Source: Candidatus Kaiserbacteria bacterium
GTDB lineage: Bacteria > Patescibacteriota > Minisyncoccia > Phycocordibacterales > Phycocordibacteraceae
Assembly (NCBI GenBank): GCA_963813065.1
Contig: CAWEXP010000002.1
Location: 1 to 63,334 of the forward strand
Direction: 5' to 3'
Length of the DNA: 63,334 bases
Both the position numbers and the translations under genes were made by a program. Shown here piece after piece: positions 51,648-60,326 of the stretch. The number at the start of each line of letters is the position of its first letter. The stretch's first letter is position 1. The notes beneath the pieces were generated by a model. That model searched no databases. It was given only the letters and a program-made list of their open reading frames with translations, and was not told where the DNA came from.

Positions 51648-52490
51648 TGGCAACTCCTTCAGTTTTCGGCGTGCGCCGAATGGCAACAAGTGTGGTGTCG
51701 TCCCTGAAGAGTCCGCGCTTGATGCGGCCCTGCTCCACCGTCTCGCAATTACTCATCGCGAGTCTGCGACGTATGCCGTCTTCGTTCCGGAAGAAAAAAT
51801 CATTTTCCCGAGAACTGACTGAGTGGACCGACCGGCTTGTGGCCGATCGGCATCGGGAGCGTCTCTGCCTGGATAAGGTCAGAAACGCCATCCGTACCAA
51901 TAAGGATTGACTGCACGTCTTTCGTATCGCGCACGAGGTTCGCGACAAACGAAGGCTTCTCGCCAGACTTGCGCGGCGCCAGGTTGTAGCCGAGATAGGG
52001 CGGCTCGTTCCCTGGGTAAGGACCCAAGGTAGTTACCGCACCATTCACCGCATACACACCATCGCCACACGAGAAAATGAGCTGTGGTGTGCGGCGTCAC
52101 TATGACGCCGATCGTCGAGAAGAAGAATTGCTCCTCCATAACGAAACCAGTATCGCCTCCGACGCTTTTCGCAATGAGTGAGATGCGGTCCAGAGGAACC
52201 TCTGTAAGCCATTCGAGGAATGCGCTAGCCGAGGTTTCTTGGATGCCGAGATTTTGAACGACCGGCACGTTGAGGAACCTCGCCGCTTCGTTTACGATGA
52301 TCCGTGCCCCGAGTGTCGCACCCACTTCGCTGTGCGAATGGCTCGAACAGCCGTCCGTTACCACAGCGACGAGGTGCGTAGGTGAGGCATGCCACCAAAG
52401 TGAGTCTTGATTGTTTTTCCAACCGGACTCGCCCGGCATGATGTGATCCATTCCCGGCACCGAGGCGCCGGCAATTTGGAATCCATCCAT
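51640..52490 (-). CDS. PP2C-like protein phosphatase (frameshifts near 52080 and 51825)
   Basis: NNQD, VTDGCS, CGDG, IGTDG and DDTT across three frames; its stop overlaps the kinase start (ATGCCTGA). Confidence 0.8.
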
Positions 52491-52614
52491 AACCTTCTCC
52501 TTTTCTAACTTTGCAATGGGTATGGGTCCTCTCAAAGAACCTCTCGACCCAAGGTCAAGATTCCCTACTTTTAACAAATGGATGACGTTTCGTCAATCTC
52601 ATGCTCTAGGCTAC

Positions 52615-52641
52615 AAAAAACCGAGGCAGTGCCTCGGTTTT
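52615..52641 (-). terminator. Intrinsic terminator after the Nudix gene
   Basis: AAAA-CCGAGGC-ACT-GCCTCGG-TTTTTT. Confidence 0.7.
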
Positions 52642-52662
52642 ACACACGTTAAGCGTCTTGTT

Positions 52663-53115
52663 TTAGAGGATGCCGCGCAGGGTGAACCAGAGCTTCCAGA
52701 CCGGCTCGATGTTCAGATCCTTCAGTTGTTCGCGCGTGAACCAGCCCCACCCCTTGGCCTCGTGCGGGTCGACGCGTACCTTCGCACGATCGACCCGGGC
52801 CTGATAGAGGTACCAATGGTGTACATCGCCATGCCGGCACGTATTCCACGGCACTTCGGCTTCCGCCAAGAGCACCACGTCGAAGATCTCGGTCCCGAGC
52901 TCTTCGCGGCCTTCGCGATGCACGGCGGTCAGCGGGTCTTCCCCTTCGTCCACATGGCCCGCCATCCCGGCGAAACCAAGGGGCGGGAACTTGCGATCGA
53001 GGAGCAGAAATTCTCCGGTCGCAGGGTCTTCGATAATCGCGCCGGCAGAGTAGTGCATCGGGCGACCGTCGCTGGCAGTCCCCATCTTTGGTTTGGGGTC
53101 GTGGGTATCCGTCAT
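52663..53115 (-). CDS. Nudix hydrolase
   Basis: AGHVDEGEDPLTAVHREGREELG; AAGGAAG RBS; TTGACA-17 nt-TAATTT upstream. Confidence 0.9.
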   Translation of the reverse strand: MTDTHDPKPKMGTASDGRPMHYSAGAIIEDPATGEFLLLDRKFPPLGFAGMAGHVDEGEDPLTAVHREGREELGTEIFDVVLLAEAEVPWNTCRHGDVHHWYLYQARVDRAKVRVDPHEAKGWGWFTREQLKDLNIEPVWKLWFTLRGIL

Positions 53116-53189
53116 GGTGCTTCCTTTCGTTTCTGGATTGAAATTACTATGCCCAATCCTCATTGTCAAAAACCGTAGCAAATCGAATG

Positions 53190-53229
53190 CGCGAGAGACG
53201 GGACTTGAACCCGCAACCTCCGCCGTGAC
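53190..53229 (-). pseudogene. Orphan 3' half of a tRNA-Asp (from anticodon GTC to discriminator)
   Basis: GTC-AC-GGCGG-AGGTT-GCGGG-TTCAAGT-CCCGT-CTCTCGC-G. Confidence 0.85.
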
Positions 53230-53258
53230 CAACGTAACTTAGGTTTTCTTAACTAATG

Positions 53259-53330
53259 CGCGGGTGACGAGTGCTGACCTCGCGACCTTCGCCGTGACAG
53301 GGCGACGCTCTACCGTTGAGCTACACCCGC
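53259..53330 (-). tRNA. tRNA-Asp(GTC) with non-canonical T-loop
   Basis: Acceptor GCGGGTG/CACCCGC, G73, anticodon arm TCGCC-CTGTCAC-GGCGA, T-arm GCGAG-GTCAGCA-CTCGT. Confidence 0.85.
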
Positions 53331-53331
53331 A

Positions 53332-54012
53332 TTAATTGTCAAGTCGTAAGACTTTCAGCGCTCGTTCTAATTTTCTACGTTTCCGCGGCAGATATAGATT
53401 CGAGGCAAAGCCAGTATGATACATCAGATGATAAAGCGCAACGCTGTCTCTATGGCTCAAGACCAACTCAAATCCTCTTGTTTTTCGCTTGATTGATCCG
53501 CCCCGGACTCCGTGAAGTGTTAGTGCGTGATGTAGGGATTCTAAAAACCCTAGCGAACCGCTCGTAAAGAGGCTCATGAGTATCCAACGTTTTCCCTTTC
53601 GATCGGCAAATTGTAATTTGTTGAAGTACGCGCATCCATCACCATCAAAGTAACCGCGCACGAAATCTCCAAGAAACTGAGCCGGAACTTTAGGAAAACG
53701 CAAGGTATTACTCTTATGTTGAGTAAAGCCCAGTCGAGCTAAATCAGCAAACCATTTTTTGCTTCCGATTTGTAAGCGGTATGCGGTCTTTCGGTTGTCG
53801 CCGCGTTCTCGCGCCGCGATGTGATGACTCGATGTTGTGGCCCGCTGTATGACTTCGAGCACTATTCGATCGGTACTGGTGAACTCAATAAAACATCCGC
53901 CACGACGGTTCTTTAACATTGAGCCGTCCGCGGCGAAGAATCCAAGTACGTACGCCATTTCGGGTGACCATTTCTTGAAGAAGTCCCGATTGAGTGTGCA
54001 ACGCTGTGACAT
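53332..54012 (-). CDS. Double-motif LAGLIDADG homing endonuclease (intact)
   Basis: MAYVLGFFAADGS and FVRGYFDGDGC; stop lies 1 nt before tRNA-Asp. Confidence 0.92.
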   Translation of the reverse strand: MSQRCTLNRDFFKKWSPEMAYVLGFFAADGSMLKNRRGGCFIEFTSTDRIVLEVIQRATTSSHHIAARERGDNRKTAYRLQIGSKKWFADLARLGFTQHKSNTLRFPKVPAQFLGDFVRGYFDGDGCAYFNKLQFADRKGKRWILMSLFTSGSLGFLESLHHALTLHGVRGGSIKRKTRGFELVLSHRDSVALYHLMYHTGFASNLYLPRKRRKLERALKVLRLDN

Positions 54013-54025
54013 AGCTCAATTCTAA

Positions 54026-54063
54026 GACAGGACTTAACTCTAACCAAACTTTACCCACAACCC
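54026..54063 (-). pseudogene. Decayed 5' half of a tRNA-Asp
   Basis: AGTTTGGTTAGAG (D-loop) and C-CT-GTC (anticodon) lie at exact tRNA spacing (positions 14-36); the stems are degenerate. Confidence 0.5.
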
Positions 54064-54071
54064 TACCTTGT

Positions 54072-54148
54072 TGGTGCCGGCACCAGGAGTTGCACCTGGG
54101 ACCTCAGCTTTATGAATGCTGTGCTCTAACTAACTGAGCTATGCCGGC
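54072..54148 (-). tRNA. tRNA-Met(CAT), elongator type
   Basis: Acceptor GCCGGCA/TGCCGGC (paired G1-C72), loop TTCATAA, encoded CCA, T-loop TGCAACT. Ile2 identity is not excluded. Confidence 0.85.
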
Positions 54149-54188
54149 GAAGTGAGGCCCTTGCACAGTAGCAGATTGTACGGGTAGT

Positions 54189-55133
54189 TCAACGGTACTC
54201 GAGCAAGTAGAACCCGGTGATGGCGAAAAAGGTAATGGTGCCCCGCGGACGTGCATAGGCCACGCGATCTCTCTTGCTATGGAAGCGTAGGTTAGAAAAT
54301 ATCTCGCCGTTGAGGAAATTCGGATTACTCCAGCCGACGATAGTCTGAGCGATGACGACGGGCCAGTACTTAAAGCCATCGAACTCGAAATGCCGTTTCG
54401 AGAGTGCGACGATCACCTCGTCCAGCCGCTTCTGCTGATGCGGCGCGAGATGGTGGCGGAAAAGCGAATGGTAGACCACATCGAAGTATGCGGGGGAGAA
54501 ACTGCTTTCAAGGTCGAAAATATCATTCGTGCACATGACGATGAGCACTTTTTGCGGAGTCTTCGCTCGTAGCTCGGCAATATCCTTTTCCGTCACCTTC
54601 CCCGTCTCGACGATTGCGACGTCTGCCCCGAGGCTCTCGAGATTTTTCCGCGCGATCTTCCGCGTAATCGGCGAATTATCGACCGCGACGATGGTCACCT
54701 TGAAAGGGTGTGCTCGGCCAATGGCCCACTGCGCAACTTGTCGGTCGACCTCCATACCGCCCGCGCCGAAATTTGCGATAACCAGATCGCGCTTCTGTAC
54801 GTCGATATAGCGAGTGATGGCGTTGACGAGAGGTGTGATAAGCCCCGGCCGCGGCTGTCGCTCCATCTCGATGAGTCGCGTATGCATCGCGATATCCCAT
54901 TCCTCGACGGGAAAATCCGTGAGCTCGAGGAGCTTTGCACCGTCGAGTTTTGGGGCGGTGGCAACAAGCCACCACACGTACTGGGGGAAGGAGCGGGTGG
55001 CGCGGAGGAATTCAATATTCGCGTCGATCGCGTATCGCTTGTCCGTATACGCAGGATCACTTTTGAACTGCTCCAGTTTCTCCAGTGCCTTCTCTATGCC
55101 TTCTCTCCGCGTCATAGTGCCAGTATAGCCCAT
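54189..55133 (-). CDS. Class I SAM-dependent methyltransferase-like protein
   Basis: IANFGAGG, VAVDNS, NDIFDL, FDVVYHSLFRHH. Confidence 0.7.
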   Translation of the reverse strand: MGYTGTMTRREGIEKALEKLEQFKSDPAYTDKRYAIDANIEFLRATRSFPQYVWWLVATAPKLDGAKLLELTDFPVEEWDIAMHTRLIEMERQPRPGLITPLVNAITRYIDVQKRDLVIANFGAGGMEVDRQVAQWAIGRAHPFKVTIVAVDNSPITRKIARKNLESLGADVAIVETGKVTEKDIAELRAKTPQKVLIVMCTNDIFDLESSFSPAYFDVVYHSLFRHHLAPHQQKRLDEVIVALSKRHFEFDGFKYWPVVIAQTIVGWSNPNFLNGEIFSNLRFHSKRDRVAYARPRGTITFFAITGFYLLEYR

Positions 55134-55135
55134 CG

Positions 55136-56749
55136 CTACTGGGGGAACTCAACGATAAAGGTCGAGCCCTTTCCCTCCCCCTCGCTCTCGGCACGGATGG
55201 TGCCCTTGTGCGCCTCGACGATTGACTTGGCGATGAAGAGGCCGTAACCAGTGGAGTGCACGTTGATTGATTGCGAATTCTTGCCGTGTCCGCCCTCGGT
55301 GAAGAGGCGCTTCTTGTCCTCGTCAGTGATACCGACACCCGTGTCCTTGACCGCAAATAGTATCTTTCCACTCTCTTTCTTCAGCGTGACGTCGATACTG
55401 CCGGTCGGCGTGTAGTTGATCGAGTTCTCGATAAGATTGCGGAATACGTGCTCGCCAATCTCCTTCTGGTCGCCCGTGAAGGTATAGGGCGCGCCGGCCG
55501 CGTCGCACGTGTACGAAAGCGCCAATTTTTTCTGGGCAGCAGAAGGCTTCTCCTTCTCGACGGCATCGGTCGCGACTGCCGCGAGGTCGAAGGGTGCCAC
55601 GAGGAAGGTGGTCGTGCCTTTCTTGAGATTCGATGCTTTGAGAATATTCATGACGCTCTCGGCGCCGGCGCGCGTCTGGGCGAGCGCCGACACGAGAAAA
55701 GGCTGGAGCGTACCGGGCACCGGGCAGAAGTCGCCTTCGAGGATGGCGGCGAAGGCGCTCTGATCTTTGGTCAGATAGCCCTTGACCTCGTGCGTGACGA
55801 ACCGCATCAGCACTTCCTGGCGTTCGTTGGTCTCGGCGAGCTCATCGGCGAGCTGTTGAATCTTCTCGCGCTGCTGGACCTCGCGCACCACGCTCCCGAT
55901 GAGCAGGTAACTGAAGACAAGCACAAGAATAAAAATAGCGACGCGGAACACGAGCTGTGTGACGCTCGTTGCCATCACAATTTCAAGCAGGGTAACACCG
56001 GAGAGTGCCGCCGAGAGGAATTCGGTAGCGATGACCTTCACCTGCAAGAGTCGATGCTTGATAATCGCGTACGCGGTCAGAATGATGTACGGGAAGGTGA
56101 AGAGTCCCGCAAGCGGGGCGAGTTCGGCATGGTTAAGCAGTGCCGGAAACACAAAGTTGAACACGATGATGAGCGTGTACGTGATCGTCGCGCCCGTGAA
56201 AATAAAAAGGTACGGAACCCGCAACTCTTTTTGCGCCAAGAATATCTTGCGCAAGAAGAGGCCGAGGCCTGCCGCGGGAAGCGCAAAGGTCGTGAGGCCG
56301 AAGAGCGCTATCGCCGGACCATTCGCCACTTCCGCCACTGCGCCCGCGGAGAAACCAACCACCGCAATGAACACCAGCGGCGTCAGCGTCGTGAGTGCGA
56401 CAATCGCGGTGAACGGGATGAGCGCATACCGATACCAGCGCGGGAATGCAATCTTCTCTTCGGGGAACACGTAGAAGAGCTGGAACGCGTAGAACGCATG
56501 CACAACCGCGAAGAATACGGCCGCACGCAGAGTCCAGATAATGGCCATGGGATCCGTGAGCCGGAACATGATGAGATTCAACATGCCCCACGCGATGACC
56601 GAGGCCGCCGCGAGAAGGAAGCTTATATTTGTGATGCTCTTACGATTGTTCAGGTACGCGACAAGCCCTAGAGTGCCGTCGCCAATAGCGACGAGACCCA
56701 TCAGAATGATGTCGAGATTCGGAATGCCGAAGAGATTATGTACGTCCAT
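55136..56749 (-). CDS. Sensor histidine kinase with N-terminal 7TM (HisKA_7TM-like) domain
   Basis: About eight TM helices; H-box VTHEVKGYL, NLIENSINYT, DTGVGI, GYGLFIA. Confidence 0.92.
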   Translation of the reverse strand: MDVHNLFGIPNLDIILMGLVAIGDGTLGLVAYLNNRKSITNISFLLAAASVIAWGMLNLIMFRLTDPMAIIWTLRAAVFFAVVHAFYAFQLFYVFPEEKIAFPRWYRYALIPFTAIVALTTLTPLVFIAVVGFSAGAVAEVANGPAIALFGLTTFALPAAGLGLFLRKIFLAQKELRVPYLFIFTGATITYTLIIVFNFVFPALLNHAELAPLAGLFTFPYIILTAYAIIKHRLLQVKVIATEFLSAALSGVTLLEIVMATSVTQLVFRVAIFILVLVFSYLLIGSVVREVQQREKIQQLADELAETNERQEVLMRFVTHEVKGYLTKDQSAFAAILEGDFCPVPGTLQPFLVSALAQTRAGAESVMNILKASNLKKGTTTFLVAPFDLAAVATDAVEKEKPSAAQKKLALSYTCDAAGAPYTFTGDQKEIGEHVFRNLIENSINYTPTGSIDVTLKKESGKILFAVKDTGVGITDEDKKRLFTEGGHGKNSQSINVHSTGYGLFIAKSIVEAHKGTIRAESEGEGKGSTFIVEFPQ

Positions 56750-57807
56750 ATTCGATAGTCGGCTGTTTCTTAGAGGAGTACGCGCTCGGCGCACTCGCGT
56801 GTCCGATGCGGAATGCCGCGACGAGACTCCCCTTCCCGGGAAGGGCCGTGCGTAAAGTGTCGCAGGCGCGCATAATTTCCTTTTCTTGGGCCGCAGTAAA
56901 AGGATGCGTTGGCTCTTCACGCACATACTGTTCGAGATAGAGCATGCCCATGAGTGGCTGGAGCGCGAGCCCGGCACGCGTTGCGCGCAGCCAGACTTGT
57001 TCGAGGATACGCCCGGCGCCGATGAGATGTTCGGGCGTTATGCTCGAAACCCAGATACCACCCACCAGCCCACAGGCGGCATAGCGCGCCCGATTCTGCG
57101 CGGCCACTACTGAGCCGAATCCGAGTCCGCCGAGAAAGCGTGCAAATCCCCACGAAGCAAAGAGCGGAAAAAGAAGTCGCGCTGGAGGATCGAGCTCGAA
57201 GGTGTTGATGTAGAGACCCGATTTCTTTTCATGCTCTTCTGCTTCTGACCAGACGATGTGCGGGAAGAGCGAATTATGGACACGGTTTGCATTGAAAATG
57301 AGGCGATCGTTTACGCTCCACGCACGCGCAATAGTATCAATCGTCGTGCGGTCGGGAGCCAGGACCAGAGTTCCCTCGTTCTGCAGATATGCGGGGAGTG
57401 TGGCAACCGCTCGCTGTTCCTCTGGCGGAAGCGGCGCAGTCGCATAGGCTTTGCGATTGGTGGCGCGGCGACTCATACTCGCGAGCAGCTCTCTCGCCTC
57501 GGCAGTATCAGCTACTGATGGCGTGAAGTCGATACGCGCAACGCCACGCGTGTGCGGCTCGGGTAGAAGCGAGACCGTGGCGGAGAATCCCTGCGCGGCA
57601 GAGGCGATGACGATATTCTCGATGAGTGCACCGAGCGCGATATAGGAGCCGCGCTGTTTGAAGTTGTAGACGGTTGAGTCGCTCTCGGGCACTGAGACAG
57701 ACGATGAGTGATTCTCCCTCGATACGGAACTTCCACGGTTGATAATTGTGTCCGGAAGGCGCTTGGATGGCGACCGCGAGTATCTCTTGGATAAGGTCAG
57801 TATTCAT
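56736..57807 (-). CDS. Nitroreductase-family (Acg-like) protein (frameshift near 57705)
   Basis: QAPSGHNYQPWKF, RRATNR, GRILEQVWLRATRAGLALQP, FRIG. Confidence 0.8.
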
Positions 57808-59223
57808 GAAGCCAGTATAACGCGTGGTTTCTTGCCCGTAATCTGCAGGAGCGAGCGCTCTGCGCCACTCTTTTCGTTGCGAGTGGGTAGCATGCCCTTG
57901 GGATATAGGCGCACCACCGGCAGGGCGGCATCGCCTATTTCTTTGTGCAGTTTCCTGAATTCGGTGTTGAGCTCAGAAAGCGCGAGGGTCAAGTCATGCG
58001 CGGCCTTCTCTGCGAGCCCATCACTGGGCTCTCTCCCCTCTTGGAGCTCGAGATCGACGATGAGTTGTTCCGAATGCACTCCAGGGCGTTGTTCCGTCGA
58101 GACCAGGTACGAACCGGTCGACATATCTTTCGAGATGCCCGCGGTAATCTGCTCTGGATAAATATTGAGTGCGTAGAGGGTGACGGCGACATCAGTCCGG
58201 CCCGTAATCGAAACGAGTGGGAGCGGGTGTGCCCGCGCGCCCGAGTCGACCGCCGTCCACGAGATCAGCGAGCGACTCGGGCGTATAGACACCTCCTCTG
58301 TCGTGAATGTTGTACCGCACGAGCGGAATCGGCATTCGCTTGGTGATGAGGAGCTCGCCGCCATGCTCTTCGACATACATAAGATCAGGAAGAAATTGAT
58401 AGAGACCGCCGAGCCGCGATGCATCAGGGAAAAGTTGTTCAGCGAGGCTCGCATTCGTTCGCGCGGCGCGGCGGAGCGCAATCGTAAACGGCGTTTCAAA
58501 TGCCATCGCCCCCGCGTCAGCAGAGCCATAGACACCGATGATGCGACTGTAGGCGGTGGGATGCCCAATGAGTCCCGCGACTTCTTCGCGCCATTCCTCA
58601 GAAAATTTATCGCCTGAGGTGAGCAGGAAGACCGACGGCGGTACCTCTGCAGGATTGTGAAAAGCTTCTCGGAGAAAATCGAGTACGAACGGCGGATAGC
58701 CGGCGATGACCACATGCTTAAAAAGTGGCGCAAGGCGCGCAAGCACCGCGAGCCCTTCAATCTTATCAATGCCCGGCGTCGCAATCGTAACGGCAAAACC
58801 GCGCTTGCGGAGCGCTCGACACGCATCAGCGGTGAAGAGTCCTGCAACCCAGAGACCCATCGAAAACGTGACGAGTACCAAGGTCGGCTCGCCGCGCTTG
58901 ATGCCATAGACATGTTCGAAGAGGTATTCGTGCAGGTCAGTGCCGCCCACGAGCGACTGCTCGTCGCGGAACCACACCGATATCTTGCCCGACGAGCCAG
59001 AACTCGCGTACGCGACTTCGCCGCGGTCACCATGCATGAGCAACTCCTCCGGCGCGTAACGCTGAGAGAAATCGTTTTTAGTGGTTATCGGCAAGTCACA
59101 GAAACTGCGCGGAGTGACGCGCCACGGTATCTTGCCCAATTTCTCCTTTACGAAAGCTCGGTAGGCGGGCGACGCGCGCAGTGCCTCATTGACGAATCGG
59201 AGAATGGACTTGGTCGGCTTCAT
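57804..59223 (-). CDS. Phenylacetate-CoA ligase (PaaK)-like adenylate-forming enzyme (frameshift near 58195)
   Basis: LPITTK, ASSGSSG (P-loop), GYPPF, TSGDKF, YGSADAG, PLVRYNIHD, GRTD. Confidence 0.85.
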
Positions 59224-60319
59224 CAGCGACTACGGAGTTTTTCCATAAATTCGTGCACGGACTCTTTTCGCTGTGCTTTTTTTTTCAGAGTCGTAGGTGA
59301 GGTCAAACAGTTGTTCGAGGGTGAACGTATAACGACCCGAAGCGAGCGGTTCTTTGGCAAGAATGGTCCGCACCGCATAGGCGATGGCGGTGCCTGCGAA
59401 CGTCGCCGACGCACCGAGCTGAGGCACCGAGGGAATCGTCGAACCAATTTCGAGAATGGAATTGCGCATCCGCTCGTCGAGGAATTCGGGACCGACAATG
59501 CGCGTCGCGAGTGCGAGCCAATCGCGGAAGGTGAGCTTCTGCAACTCGTCTGGATTCGTCTCGGGGATAAGTCCGTGGAAGAGCGGGCGTTCGGGCTCTA
59601 GATCGAAGCGCTCAACATCGAGGATAACGCCATTGCCGTTGTCAGTGGCCATGAGCACGGGAATCCCTTCTCTGCGCGCGATGAGACGCATACGAATTTT
59701 CTGATCGATGGCTTCCATTTCGTCGATGGCAACGTCAACGCGAGGATTAAGCAAGAACCGTTCTATGTTGTCGTCGCGCACACCCTGATCAAAGGTTTCT
59801 ATCTCGGCATAGGGATCGAGCTCCCAGACGTTGCGGGCGGCGACGGTGGTCTTTTCTTCGCCGACATCAAGCAGAGTCGCGCGCAGACGATTGAGATTCG
59901 TAATCGCGACGACATCGAGATCAGCAATCTTTATATGTCGCGGACCGCCCGAGAGTGTCAGGGTATGCAAGACGGCAGAACCGACCGAGAGACCAGCGAG
60001 TGCGATACTGCCGGCACGGAAGGCGCGCTGTTCGTCCTCAGTAATGACATGCTTATTGCGCGCCGTGCGGAGCTCGAAGTATTCCGCCTCGGGGAGCTGT
60101 CTCGACCACCGTGTTCGCCCAGGGATAATGAATGTAGACCGACGGAATGGTGCTCTCGACGATAAATTTTTTCTGCTCGGCGAGATATTCGGGCGTCCCC
60201 TTCTTCCCCGCAGGATGCCGGACCGAATAGAGTTCTTCGAGCGCACTCGCACGCGCATCCACCCGAGACGCGCCCGCGGGTACCTCGCTCTGGTTGGTGT
60301 AAATGAGCGGATGTTCCAT
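59223..60319 (-). CDS. ThiF/MoeB-like adenylyltransferase (Rv1355c/MoeY-like; frameshifts near 60095 and 59280)
   Basis: VHYPW-like YIHYPW, LRTARNK, AGLSVGS, ADLD...TNLNR, DEME, DVERFDLEP..PLFHG, PQLG. Confidence 0.82.
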
Positions 60320-60326
60320 GGTGGGA

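Noticed and set aside
53230-54025. Group I intron interpretation of the tRNA-Asp insert
   Set aside because: A G precedes the 3' half, but I found no P7/J8-7 core, the 5' exon stems are decayed, and a full tRNA lies inside the insert.
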